Shown here piece after piece: positions 27,855 to 38,652 of a DNA stretch of 64,000 nucleotides (positions are counted from its first letter, which is position 1; every line of letters begins with the position of its first letter). The stretch is taken from IMG/VR virus record IMGVR_UViG_3300013101_000005, positions 34,632-98,631 of that record; one strand, 5' to 3'. The stretch comes from a virus. The notes beneath the pieces were generated by a model. That model was not told the DNA's origin. It ran no database searches and saw nothing but the letters and a program-made list of their open reading frames with translations. Both the position numbers and the translations under genes were made by a program.

Positions 27855-30800
27855 ATGGCCCAAAGTTCAGACACAGCACGCTTTGTAATTACTGGTGAAT
27901 TTAGAAGCGGAGAAATGATAAAGCAATTTGAGGCTTCTATTGGTCAGATGTCTAAAATGGCAAGTGCAAAACTTGGTAAAGTAGGCAAAGAGGTAAGTGC
28001 TTCCGTAGAGAGTGGAATGGTTAAAGGAGCCGAAGCTGCTGGCGGTAAGATGGCTAAAGGAATGCAGAAGGTAAAAACAGAAGCTAAGGGTGCTGGTAAG
28101 AATATTGATGATATGGGCAACAAGATGGATAAGGTTAATGCAGACATATTTACTGCGGTAAAACGTGTCTTATTGTGGGGTACTGCTTCAAGGTTAATCT
28201 ATAACACTTATGGCAAAATAGCTGATGCTGTAAAAGATGTTGTAGAGTTAAATAGAATTCTTGTAAACATTGAAAAAATTCGTCCTGCTGGACTAGATGT
28301 AGATATTATAAGCGAAGATATTTTAGCTAAAGCTAAAAAGTATGGTGTTGCTTTTGCTGAAATTGGCGAAACTCAAAGAACATTCTTCCAGCAAGGTTTT
28401 AAAACAGCGGAAGTTATCAAATTAACAGAGTCACAGTTGTTAGCTGTTACTGCTGCTGGGTTAACCGCTGGTGAAGCCATGGAACTACTTGTTAGTTCTA
28501 TGACTGTTTTTAATATTTCTGCTCAACGTTCCATTACTATTGTTGATAAATTACAAAATGTCCAAGCTAACTATGCGGTGTCTACTCAAGATCTTGCTTC
28601 TGCTATGCGAAGGGTTGGTCCTGTCGCTCAAGAACTTGGTGGAGATATTGATCACTTAATTGGACTTATAACTACACTAAAAGAGTCTACTCGTAAATCT
28701 GGTGAATTTATTGGTACTGCTCTTACTACAATCTTTTCTCGTACTATAACAAGTGTTGGTGCAAGTCAATTACGTAGAATTGGTGTAGATATTAATGAGA
28801 CAGCACAGATATTACGTCCTATAAAAGATATTTTTGATGAAGTAGGCAGAGCATGGGCAAACCTTACTGATCAAGAAAGGATTAGTACTGCGTTTGCTCT
28901 TGGTGCTAGACGTAGATATCCCCAAGTTATTGCTTTGTTTGAAGATTATGCAAAAGCATTAGAAGTGGCGGCTCTTTCAACAAACTCCTTTGGTGCTGCT
29001 CTTATAGCACAGCAAAAAGAAGTGCAATCAGTATCTAGGCAGATGTCTATTGCTACTGAATCAGCTAAACAAGCTGGTATTGCTTTTGTTAAGGCTTTCT
29101 CTTTTTCTGGTAGTATTGAATCAGATTTTAAAAAAATAGCAAAAGCTATACAAGATTTTAATAATTTTGTAAAAAAATCAGCTAGACCTCTAGCAAATAT
29201 GGCTAAATCTCTGGCCTTTTTTGGTACCGTTGCTATTTTAAATGTAAGTCTAGGGGTGTTAGCAAAGAGGATAAGTTGGGTAGGGGTTAGGGCTTTGTTT
29301 GTGGCACCTGCTCTTACTGCCATGTCTGCACAAATGACAATAGCAAGTAGATCCGCTTTTATCTTAGGGAAAGCCATAAATCTTATTGGAGGATTCCTCC
29401 CTTCTATTGTAATTGCAACGATTGCCTTTACAGCACTTGAATACAAAATTAACCGAAATAATAATGCAATTGGGGATTTAAGCGAAGGGTTCCGTGGATT
29501 TTCTGAAGAATCTGAAAGTGTAAAAAGAACTTTAAATGAATATCTTAGTATAGTAAAACAATTTACTCAGGTAGAAGGCCCAAAATCTTTGGTTGATTTT
29601 CTTGGTGCTGATTTTAAAGGAGGTAAAGATAGTATACTTGGTTATATGAAAGCAATAGAAGGAGTTGGGGAAGATTTAGAGGGGGCTAATTTTGAGAAGT
29701 TTAAACAAGCTATACTTGCTGTTCGTGGTCCTACTGCTTCTGTTGAAGAAGCCTTTTATGATCTTTCTCAAGTTATAGGATTTCTTCAAGCTACTAGTTC
29801 TGGATTCAGAAAAGAATTAGAAGAAATGTCTACTCAAGCTAATACCTCTCGTAATATTATTACAGACCTTGCGGTGAGTTTAGCCTCTTTGTTTACAGAA
29901 GGGTCAAGATTCTCATCTGAGGATTTCTTAACAGAAGCCTTTGGTAAAGGAACCCTTGATAATATAGATAAAAGAATACAAGATATTGCAAATGAAATAT
30001 CTAAAGCTGAAAATTCATTTCCTAAAATGTTGTACACAACAGTAGATGAAAGATCAGATTTTGCTGCTTTTCAAGATAGAGTATTTGATGAATTAGAAAA
30101 AGAGTTACTTGCTGGTAATGGAAAATTTGCAGAATTAGCAAGGGAAGGTGGGATTCATGGCACTCTGTTTTTAGATGCATACTTCGCCTCCTTAAGGGAA
30201 TCTATAAATGACTCTCAAGTGGAAGATCAACTTTCACTTTTACAAAGTATCCCTTTCTTTTTACCCCTGCTAATAAAAATAAAAAAACCAACAAAGGAAG
30301 AGTTAAATAAGGCATTTAAAGAAGGAGTTGAAGCTCTATCACCAGAAAACATTGAAAAGTTCTATTTAGACGAATATGGTAAGAAAGCAATAAATCTTCA
30401 AGACTTTATTATACAAACCGGAGATACTGCTGTTCTTGGTTCTATGGCTAAAGATTTAGCAGAGGCATATGATGTTGAATTACCCACTATATTTAAAAGA
30501 TTAGAAGATAGATCAAATAAATTTGGTGGGACTTTATTACAATTACAATTAAAAGTCAGAGCCCTATCTGGTAGTGCTGGTTTCTTAGCAGAAAACATGA
30601 CAACTACTTTTAAGAATTTTGTATTACATACACAAGATTCTGTAAAATTAGCAGAAAGTCTTAAACTTGCTGGTTCCTCCTCTTTATATCTAGGGGGGGC
30701 ATTAGCAAAATTAGACTTTAAAGCAGTTGGATCCCGCCTAAAAGCCTCATTAACTCAATTAGCAAAAGTTGATACTCTTGATGAACAAATAAAATCTTGG

Positions 30801-33800
30801 GAAAGAACAAGAGATGCTTATGAAGAATATTTAGTAGTATTAGAGAAAGATCCAAAGACAACGGGATTAAAAATTCAAGCAGCTATTAAAGAATCTGACA
30901 GATTAAGTCAGAAAATTGCTGATCTTACTGTTGAGCAGGAATTCCTTGCGACACAAACAGAAGAACTAAATAAAACAATTGAAAAAGAAGCGGCAGCTTA
31001 TAAGAACCTGTTTACTTATTTACAGAACATAGAAAATGCTTATGGGATACAAAAAATACAGATACAAGCAAATACTGCTGCTAGAAAAAAAGAAATAAAG
31101 GCAATGGAGCAATACCAACGTGCTCTAAACAAAATAGCAATACAAACAGAAAAATTAGATGTAGGGGGCTCTTTCGCTGAGGATCTTGCCTTAACTGTAA
31201 AGGGCATTACAAAAGATTATCAAGAACAAGCCAAAGCAATTCTTCAAAATATAGCTTTAGATGAGAACAGAACACGTAGTTTAAAAGATACCTTAAAGGG
31301 GTATCATGAGGCTCTTGGGGCAAATAATGCCTTTTTGTTGATATCTAAAAGAATCCTTGGTGTAGATCTTTCTGTAAATAAAACTTATCAAGATGCAGAC
31401 CGTCTACTAAATAATACAAATATTAAAAGAACAGTACAGTACACACATACCTTACGGTTACTTGATTTAAATGAAAAAAATGCAAAATCGCTTGCTAAAT
31501 CAAACAATAATTTAGATCAACAAAAGGCTATTCAAAAAGCAAACCTTGCTGTAATAAACTCAGTAGTTAGTGCAATTGAAGATGCGGCAAAAATTTCCAT
31601 AGAGTTTTCTAGAAATATTGCAGAAGTATCTGCAAGTTTTGCAAGATTAGATAGTGGTGGTAGTTTTGCAAAAGAGCTAAGAATTGAACAAGCATTAATA
31701 AGAAGAGAAACTGAACTAACAACAAAAGAAATAGATGCTCAAATAGCAAAGATAAAGCAAGCAGTTCTCTTAAAACAAAACGAATTAGGTCTAGCTAATG
31801 ATCTACTAAAATCTGATTTCGGTAGAACTGCTACTGTAAAACAGTTGCAACAAGCCTTTGAAGAAATGGACTTAGTACAAAAAGATGGGCTTAATGCAAT
31901 ACAATTACAAGCTGCTGGTCAGTTAGAGGGGTTAGCTGCACAGATAAAAAATCTTAAAGCTACCGAAGACAACCAACTTGCCCTTTCTGAATTAAACAAT
32001 CTTCTTGCAATATCCAACTCATTACATGAAGCAAATTTAGCTTCTATAGATAATTACGCTTCTGGTATCCAAGCCTCAATTGCAGCAACAAGAGAATTTA
32101 ATAGTGAGTCTGCTCAAATTCTTAAAAATTTCCAATTACTTAATAAAGCTGGGGAATTTGGTAGACAATTAAAAGTTGAACTTGGTGGAATAACTAAAGA
32201 ATACAAAATACAAAAAGAAGCAATTGCAGCTACTATTGAATTAACAAAAATAAGATTAAAGAAACAACAGGAAACCGCTGGGTTTTATGACGATGTATTA
32301 CTAGCTGAATTGTCTACTAAAGGTCTTTTAGAAGAGCAATTAAATATTAGAACAGACATTGGTGATGTACAAAAATCCCAACTAAACTCAATTGCTATTG
32401 CTGGTCAACAAGAGCTAGAATCCCTACAAATTCAGAGTAAGCAACTAGACAAACAAAAAGAATATGATTCAGAACTTGAACGGATGAATACTCTTTTAAA
32501 ATTAGCGGCTCGAACTCAATCTGATATTAATGATCTTGCCGCAGGATATGCTAATGCCTTCGGTGATGTTATAAAGAATATTGGTGAAATAATAAATGAG
32601 CGTGGTAGTTTAAGAACAATCCTACAGCCCTTTGCTGATGCCTATATAACAAGTGTCACAAAGAGGCTGTCTACTTCTCTACAAACCTATTTTGATGATG
32701 TATTGGAATCTTCTGTTGGTGGTCAACTAAAAGAACTAGAAGACCAGCTAAAGAAGAAATCAGAGGCAGAACCATACGATCTTGGCGGCGATATCATCCA
32801 ACGTAAGTTGATTGATGGTGCTATTGTTACTGGGAATATTATTAGTGCAAAGATTAAGGAAGCTGTTAGTAATATAATACTAACTCAAGGTGAAGTTGTA
32901 CAAGTAAAGGTAGAAATACCAGAGATTCCCCAGTTAAAACTGGAAGTTCCTGTTTTACCTGCACTTAAAATAGAGGCTCCTGATATCCCTCCTCTATCTT
33001 TTTCTATTCCAGAATTACCTAAACTGGAAATTGAAATTCCTGTTCTTCCTGTTTTAAAGGTGGATCTCCCAGAGATACCACAACTTACTTTTGCTATTCC
33101 TGTCTTTCCTAAATTGCAAGTGGAGGTACCGGACTTACCTGCTCTACAAGTGGACATGCCAAACATACCTCCATTAACAATAGAAATACCAGACTTCCCT
33201 AAATTACAAGTGGAAATACCAGACTTACCTACCTTGTCTGTAGCAATCCCTGATATTCCTTCTGTAACAGTAGAGGTCCCTAGAATACCTCAACTGGATT
33301 TAGTGGTCCCAGATTTACCTACATTAAAGGTGGATGTTCCTGTTGTACCTGATCTAGTTATTCCTGAATTAGAAGAATTTGGTATACGTGTTTTTGAAGT
33401 ACCTACTATAGATGTTAAAATTCCAGAAATACCTCAGGTAACAGTAGCTGTACCAGAATTTCCACAATTAACAATAGCAGTTCCTGAGTTACCTAAGGTT
33501 CTTGTGGATATTCCTAACATACCTCCTGTAGTTGTACCGGACATACCTCCATTAAATATAGTTGTGCCTGACTTACCTACTCTGACTGTTGATGCACCAA
33601 AACTATATAAAATAGCTGTGGAGATCCCCTCGATACCCCAGTTAAAACTATTAGTTCCAGAATTACCTACATTAAGTATTAAAGTTCCTATAATACCTGA
33701 ATTAGAGGCCCCTGTAATACCTCAGTTACAATTAGAGGTTCCTGAGTTACCCAAGGTTGTTGTAGATATTCCTAATATACCTCCTGTTGTGGTACCAGTG

Positions 33801-35915
33801 ATCCCGCCGTTAACAATAACGGTTCCTGTACTACCTACATTAACTGTGGATATACCTAATATTCCACAACTGGAACTTCCTAGGATTCCACAATTACAAC
33901 TGAAAGTACCAGAATTACCTACATTAAGTATTAAAGTTCCTCTAATACCAGAACTGGTAGCCCCTGTAATACCTCAGTTGGAGTTAAAAGTTCCAGAGTT
34001 ACCTAAGGTTGTCGTGGACATTCCTAATATTCCTCCTGTAGTTGTACCGGACATACCTCCGTTAAATATAGTTGTTCCTGCTTTACCTACATTAGCTGTA
34101 GCACTTCCTGATATACCTACAGTAACTGTGGAGATCCCTACAATTCCACAGTTACAACTACAAGTTCCAGACTTGCCTACATTAAGTATTAAAGTTCCTG
34201 TAATACCAGAACTGGTAGCCCCTGTAATACCTCAGTTACAATTAAAAGTTCCTGAATTACCTAAAGTTGTCGTAGATATCCCTAATATTCCTACTGTAGT
34301 TGTGCCGGATATTCCACCACTAACAATAATTGTTCCTGAACTTCCTACTTTAGTTGTGCCAATACCGGAAATACCTCAAGTAACTATGGTAGTGCCTGTA
34401 ATACCCCCCATGGAAATTGTTGTACCGGAATTACCAACAGTAGTGTTTTCTGTTCCTGATATACCAGAACTATCTATTGCTGTACCTTATATTCCTGAAA
34501 GTATAAAATTAGATGCCCTAGAAGCGGCACAATTAATATCAGCTACTTTGCTTTCTGGTGCGCAAGTTATATATACAAAAATAGCTGAAGCTATAAAAAC
34601 AGCAACTTCCATTACTATTGCTGTTCAAGATTCTGTAAAGTTAGATGCTTTTGAAGCTCAAATACTATTATTAGATGCCCACAGACAAGGTGCTGAAATA
34701 ATGAAAGCAAAAATTATTGAAGCAGTACAATTCTTTACTTTAAATGCTGGTGAAGGTGGGGAAGAAGTTAGTGTAGATACTAATGGTGTACAACAAGCCA
34801 TAACGCAGGGTGCTATAACTGGAGCAAATGCTATTGGCATTAGTACAAATGAAGCGGCAGATAAAATTTCTACCACAAATTTTGGTATTCCTGATACTAT
34901 AACTTTAGATGCTGCTAATGCTAAGTTACAGCTTATAGAAGGGCACACCATTGGTGCTGAGATTGCAAAAATTAAACTTATTGAAGCATTCTCTTCTTTT
35001 AAAATAGCAGACACAGCAATACCAGATTCAAAAGAAGACTCACCAGACCTTTCACAAGAAGCTAGAGTGGCTACTACTACTCTTGTAGAAGATCAAGATT
35101 TTGGTAAATTCACTATAGAACAGGATCAGAAGTCTTTAGCTTATATAAATAATGTATCTGCTAAAATTTTAGATGCTCATACACAAGGTGCTCAGATTCT
35201 TTATAATAAAATAGTAGAAGCTCATACTACTTTTGCTCCTGGTACGGGACAACAAGCCTTACCACAAGTGGCAACAGTAGGTGGAACTACAGACACTTTT
35301 AATACAACTCCTATAACAGATGGTTTAACAGGAGTAACAACTGGGGTAGGACTATTAAATGTTAGTCAGCAAGAACAAACCGAAGAAACAGAATTAACTA
35401 CTGAAGAAATGGCAAAGCAAGTAAATAAACAACGCTTGACTATTTCTGCAATTCAAGGTCTTGGCGTTATCATGGGGAACCTTGTTGGTGGTGGTGGGAT
35501 TGGTTCTGGAATAGGAGCCTCTATTGGTGGTATTGCTGGTTCTTTCTTAGGACCTGTTGGTGGAGCAGTTGGCTCAGTTGTCGGTGGGATACTTGGTGGA
35601 TTATTTGATAGTGCTCCTGAAGTAGAGGAACCAGAGCCTTTCCCTTCAACTATATATGAAGCTAATTCAGATGCTCTTGCTAAGAATACAGAAGCTCTAA
35701 TAAGAAATTCTCAAAACTTCGACTTCATGAAAAAATTATTAAATGCTCCTGCTAACTTTATTCAACCTGCTTTTGCTGATGTTGGTGGAGGAGCAAACAT
35801 AACTGTTCAAATAAATGCTCCTGTGGGCAATGAGAATGCCGTAGGTAAGGCTGTGTACGATGCTGTTTCAAAGGTGTACTCTAATGATTATAGACGTATT
35901 GGGAGGCGTGGATAA
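27855..35915 (+). CDS. Tape measure protein, 2686 aa (TP901-type core, helical repeats, proline-repeat insert, Gly-zipper C-terminus)
   Basis: Follows the chaperones; core motif STQDLASAM..VG..A...G....G.FIGTAL.TIFSR; Ala/Leu-rich coiled coils. Confidence 0.92.
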   Translation: MAQSSDTARFVITGEFRSGEMIKQFEASIGQMSKMASAKLGKVGKEVSASVESGMVKGAEAAGGKMAKGMQKVKTEAKGAGKNIDDMGNKMDKVNADIFTAVKRVLLWGTASRLIYNTYGKIADAVKDVVELNRILVNIEKIRPAGLDVDIISEDILAKAKKYGVAFAEIGETQRTFFQQGFKTAEVIKLTESQLLAVTAAGLTAGEAMELLVSSMTVFNISAQRSITIVDKLQNVQANYAVSTQDLASAMRRVGPVAQELGGDIDHLIGLITTLKESTRKSGEFIGTALTTIFSRTITSVGASQLRRIGVDINETAQILRPIKDIFDEVGRAWANLTDQERISTAFALGARRRYPQVIALFEDYAKALEVAALSTNSFGAALIAQQKEVQSVSRQMSIATESAKQAGIAFVKAFSFSGSIESDFKKIAKAIQDFNNFVKKSARPLANMAKSLAFFGTVAILNVSLGVLAKRISWVGVRALFVAPALTAMSAQMTIASRSAFILGKAINLIGGFLPSIVIATIAFTALEYKINRNNNAIGDLSEGFRGFSEESESVKRTLNEYLSIVKQFTQVEGPKSLVDFLGADFKGGKDSILGYMKAIEGVGEDLEGANFEKFKQAILAVRGPTASVEEAFYDLSQVIGFLQATSSGFRKELEEMSTQANTSRNIITDLAVSLASLFTEGSRFSSEDFLTEAFGKGTLDNIDKRIQDIANEISKAENSFPKMLYTTVDERSDFAAFQDRVFDELEKELLAGNGKFAELAREGGIHGTLFLDAYFASLRESINDSQVEDQLSLLQSIPFFLPLLIKIKKPTKEELNKAFKEGVEALSPENIEKFYLDEYGKKAINLQDFIIQTGDTAVLGSMAKDLAEAYDVELPTIFKRLEDRSNKFGGTLLQLQLKVRALSGSAGFLAENMTTTFKNFVLHTQDSVKLAESLKLAGSSSLYLGGALAKLDFKAVGSRLKASLTQLAKVDTLDEQIKSWERTRDAYEEYLVVLEKDPKTTGLKIQAAIKESDRLSQKIADLTVEQEFLATQTEELNKTIEKEAAAYKNLFTYLQNIENAYGIQKIQIQANTAARKKEIKAMEQYQRALNKIAIQTEKLDVGGSFAEDLALTVKGITKDYQEQAKAILQNIALDENRTRSLKDTLKGYHEALGANNAFLLISKRILGVDLSVNKTYQDADRLLNNTNIKRTVQYTHTLRLLDLNEKNAKSLAKSNNNLDQQKAIQKANLAVINSVVSAIEDAAKISIEFSRNIAEVSASFARLDSGGSFAKELRIEQALIRRETELTTKEIDAQIAKIKQAVLLKQNELGLANDLLKSDFGRTATVKQLQQAFEEMDLVQKDGLNAIQLQAAGQLEGLAAQIKNLKATEDNQLALSELNNLLAISNSLHEANLASIDNYASGIQASIAATREFNSESAQILKNFQLLNKAGEFGRQLKVELGGITKEYKIQKEAIAATIELTKIRLKKQQETAGFYDDVLLAELSTKGLLEEQLNIRTDIGDVQKSQLNSIAIAGQQELESLQIQSKQLDKQKEYDSELERMNTLLKLAARTQSDINDLAAGYANAFGDVIKNIGEIINERGSLRTILQPFADAYITSVTKRLSTSLQTYFDDVLESSVGGQLKELEDQLKKKSEAEPYDLGGDIIQRKLIDGAIVTGNIISAKIKEAVSNIILTQGEVVQVKVEIPEIPQLKLEVPVLPALKIEAPDIPPLSFSIPELPKLEIEIPVLPVLKVDLPEIPQLTFAIPVFPKLQVEVPDLPALQVDMPNIPPLTIEIPDFPKLQVEIPDLPTLSVAIPDIPSVTVEVPRIPQLDLVVPDLPTLKVDVPVVPDLVIPELEEFGIRVFEVPTIDVKIPEIPQVTVAVPEFPQLTIAVPELPKVLVDIPNIPPVVVPDIPPLNIVVPDLPTLTVDAPKLYKIAVEIPSIPQLKLLVPELPTLSIKVPIIPELEAPVIPQLQLEVPELPKVVVDIPNIPPVVVPVIPPLTITVPVLPTLTVDIPNIPQLELPRIPQLQLKVPELPTLSIKVPLIPELVAPVIPQLELKVPELPKVVVDIPNIPPVVVPDIPPLNIVVPALPTLAVALPDIPTVTVEIPTIPQLQLQVPDLPTLSIKVPVIPELVAPVIPQLQLKVPELPKVVVDIPNIPTVVVPDIPPLTIIVPELPTLVVPIPEIPQVTMVVPVIPPMEIVVPELPTVVFSVPDIPELSIAVPYIPESIKLDALEAAQLISATLLSGAQVIYTKIAEAIKTATSITIAVQDSVKLDAFEAQILLLDAHRQGAEIMKAKIIEAVQFFTLNAGEGGEEVSVDTNGVQQAITQGAITGANAIGISTNEAADKISTTNFGIPDTITLDAANAKLQLIEGHTIGAEIAKIKLIEAFSSFKIADTAIPDSKEDSPDLSQEARVATTTLVEDQDFGKFTIEQDQKSLAYINNVSAKILDAHTQGAQILYNKIVEAHTTFAPGTGQQALPQVATVGGTTDTFNTTPITDGLTGVTTGVGLLNVSQQEQTEETELTTEEMAKQVNKQRLTISAIQGLGVIMGNLVGGGGIGSGIGASIGGIAGSFLGPVGGAVGSVVGGILGGLFDSAPEVEEPEPFPSTIYEANSDALAKNTEALIRNSQNFDFMKKLLNAPANFIQPAFADVGGGANITVQINAPVGNENAVGKAVYDAVSKVYSNDYRRIGRRG
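32895..34499 (+). repeat. Coding repeat array of 8-10 aa P-x-(I/L)-P units with 84-86 aa higher-order repeats
   Basis: The anchor PELPKV recurs at 33483, 33741, 33993 and 34251 (spacings 258, 252, 258 nt), with nucleotide-level similarity. Confidence 0.95.
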
Positions 35916-37621
35916 TGTCCTGTGCTCGTATTTGGTGGGTTGATAATGTTAATGGCGATGATGCTAATGCTGGTACAACCTATGAATCAGCTTTCCAAAC
36001 ATTAAACCAAGGGCTTGGGGTAGCTAGTTATAATGGGGAGCCAGGAAATATTGTTAGAATTTGTTATACTGGGACTGATTATACCCCAAACCCTTCTAGG
36101 TCTACTATTGGTGATGGGGATAACTGGAGAGTTAGCGGTTGCGGTTGGGAAGATGGGGAATTCTCTACTATAGAAGGTTATGACCCAGATGGTGGAAACA
36201 AACGTCCTAAGCTATTAATTTCTGGTGGAGGGTCTGCCTCTTATGGAATTACTTTTACAAACCATAGTAATTATTGGTTAATTAAAGATCTTTGGTTTGA
36301 ATATGATGGCACAAATACAAGTTGGTCAACTGGGTGTATATATATTGCTAATACTATTGATGATAATGAAACTTATTTTAAAGTACGTGGTTGTATCTTT
36401 GATGGTCTTTTATCAACCAGTACTAATCAACACTCGGCAGGTCTTTATATTATTGGGGGAGGCAGGATACATGTTGATGCCCAATATAATTGGTTTAAAA
36501 ACTGTGCTTACCCAATACGTACTAGTACCTCACTACCACGGATAGTTGGATACAGAATAAAATATAATTTATTCTATGGTAATGATCGTAGTGGCTCTCA
36601 TTTATGGTACGTTAATGACACTACTAATTCAGATGTAATTGATTATACGTTCACTAACAATACTGTTATTTGTTTAGGATCTTCAAAATATACTGGGGCA
36701 GCCTCACAACTTAGCAACGGGGCTTATATAACAAGAGATAGAGATAATTTTGAAGTAATGAACAACTTTGTTTTTTGGACAAACTATTTTTTAAGAGGAA
36801 CTTCTGGTAGCTCAGCTTCTCCAACTATAACAGAGACTGTAGATTATAATACCTGGGGGAAATTGGGTGGGCCTGACCTTGGGTATAGTGGTATTTTTGA
36901 TGTTTGTGAAACAGATGGCTATCTTGCTGCTAATGATGTTGAGTTGGATAGTTTAAAAGATCAGGGGTCTGGAGAAGCCTTGTTTGGTGATGTAGACGCT
37001 ACAGATTTCTTCTGGCCAGAAACAGGATGGATGACTATTCCCGATATGCGACCAAGGAGTGCTTTCTATCAAGGGAATCCCTATGGTGAAAATGATTATC
37101 TTACGGCTCGTGGAGCTATCCAACTTTGGGCTAACCTTAGCCAAACAATCATAGGAACAAATCACCAAGCAATTATAGCCTCAGACACACAATCCGCATG
37201 GAATACAGATACTGAATTGGCCCAAGAGTTCTCTCATGGTAGATCCTTTAGTTTTGTATCAAGCTATACAGATTCAAGTGCTGTTATTTCAGAGTGGGGA
37301 GACAAAACAGATCAAGATACTAGTATAACTCAGTTAACAACTGTTGGGACTAAGGTAGGGTTTTGGGGTGGTGTGGGCGTTACATTAGACCCTGGGCACG
37401 ATCTTGTAGAGGTTTGGGCAACTACAGAGGGGTGGCTTGATGGACCATCAACTGATATAACTAGCCCACCAATAGCTGCAACTAAAGGAACATACAAATT
37501 CCAATGGAATATAGGAGCCTCTCCTCCTGCGGGAACATATACTATGCGCTTTAGATCAAAAGATATAATAACAGATGCTTGGTTAGATTGGCGAGTTGCA
37601 ACAACCTTCAGTAGACCATAG
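35915..37621 (+). CDS. Parallel beta-helix (pectin-lyase-like) virion protein, candidate depolymerase or spike
   Basis: WVDNVNGDDANAGT..SAFQTL cap motif and Asn-ladder repeats (YNLFYGN, TNNTVI, NNFVF, DYNTW). Confidence 0.7.
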   Translation: MSCARIWWVDNVNGDDANAGTTYESAFQTLNQGLGVASYNGEPGNIVRICYTGTDYTPNPSRSTIGDGDNWRVSGCGWEDGEFSTIEGYDPDGGNKRPKLLISGGGSASYGITFTNHSNYWLIKDLWFEYDGTNTSWSTGCIYIANTIDDNETYFKVRGCIFDGLLSTSTNQHSAGLYIIGGGRIHVDAQYNWFKNCAYPIRTSTSLPRIVGYRIKYNLFYGNDRSGSHLWYVNDTTNSDVIDYTFTNNTVICLGSSKYTGAASQLSNGAYITRDRDNFEVMNNFVFWTNYFLRGTSGSSASPTITETVDYNTWGKLGGPDLGYSGIFDVCETDGYLAANDVELDSLKDQGSGEALFGDVDATDFFWPETGWMTIPDMRPRSAFYQGNPYGENDYLTARGAIQLWANLSQTIIGTNHQAIIASDTQSAWNTDTELAQEFSHGRSFSFVSSYTDSSAVISEWGDKTDQDTSITQLTTVGTKVGFWGGVGVTLDPGHDLVEVWATTEGWLDGPSTDITSPPIAATKGTYKFQWNIGASPPAGTYTMRFRSKDIITDAWLDWRVATTFSRP

Positions 37622-37629
37622 AGGATAAA

Positions 37630-38652
37630 ATGGGTAAAAATAAAATACAAGTATTTTTGTTAGAGTGGGGCACAACAGATGCTTCAAATGCTGACATATC
37701 TATTGTACTTACAGATAATACAGCCCCTATTAATTTCTTTGAGGGGGCAGTTCCTGCTAATTTTGGTACTTTTTCTTATAGTATAGATGAAACAATATAT
37801 GATCAAACTTCTGGCGCAAACTTTTTTGATGCAACTATAAGCACACCAGTTGGATTTAAAAATGGGGATTCCTCCCCTATAGTAGATTTTACTACAAGCA
37901 TTATAACCTACGACTCAACAGGGCAAAAAGCCCTTTCAACAAATCATTACACAACACTATCACCAAACACAGATACCCTAGATACAAACCACATAGTAAC
38001 CTTAGATCGAACTGAGTTCTATACAAACGGTGCTGAGATCTTTTGGGAATCAAATACAACTACAGGGCTAACTGACGTAACCAACCCAGAATACATTTAC
38101 TCAAGCGATATGCGTTCTGAATATTGTGTTTTTCCAGATCAAACGCCGGCTGGAGATTATCTTAAAGTAAAGAGGGATACAAAGGCTTTGCATGAGGGTG
38201 TGGACGGTACTATTCGTATAGATACCACAATGTACACAGAGTCTTACGGTACTGATATGTCTGTATATATTAGTGAGAATGATACTAGTGTAGGAGTTTT
38301 ATTAGGCAGGCTTTCTGATATAACTTCTAGATACAACCTAACAAGAACAAGATTTAGAATACCAACAGATTTGATGCACACTATGAGTGATGCTTCCTTT
38401 GCGGGCATGACTATGAGCCTAACAAATGACCATACTACGGACTCTAGGTGGTTAATATATGACTCTGTATTTGAATACTCTCCTCTAACAAAAGGTGGGT
38501 TAGATACCACACATTCTTCCTTAGTAAATGATGCAACTACTCCCACTATCTGGCGTGATATCCAAACTACACACAAGGCAAGATTAAAAAAGGGAGCGTA
38601 TTACGTTATAGAATACTATACATTAGATGATTGGTGGGATTTTGATGTCTAA
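37630..38652 (+). CDS. Hypothetical tail-region protein, Thr/Asp-rich
   Basis: GAGGA SD; position. Confidence 0.6.
   Translation: MGKNKIQVFLLEWGTTDASNADISIVLTDNTAPINFFEGAVPANFGTFSYSIDETIYDQTSGANFFDATISTPVGFKNGDSSPIVDFTTSIITYDSTGQKALSTNHYTTLSPNTDTLDTNHIVTLDRTEFYTNGAEIFWESNTTTGLTDVTNPEYIYSSDMRSEYCVFPDQTPAGDYLKVKRDTKALHEGVDGTIRIDTTMYTESYGTDMSVYISENDTSVGVLLGRLSDITSRYNLTRTRFRIPTDLMHTMSDASFAGMTMSLTNDHTTDSRWLIYDSVFEYSPLTKGGLDTTHSSLVNDATTPTIWRDIQTTHKARLKKGAYYVIEYYTLDDWWDFDV

Noticed and set aside
32895-34499. Repeat array as a possible CRISPR array or DGR template/variable repeat
   Set aside because: The repeats are in-frame coding units with synonymous variation. There are no unique spacers or adenine-specific mismatches, and no cas or reverse transcriptase gene is in the window.
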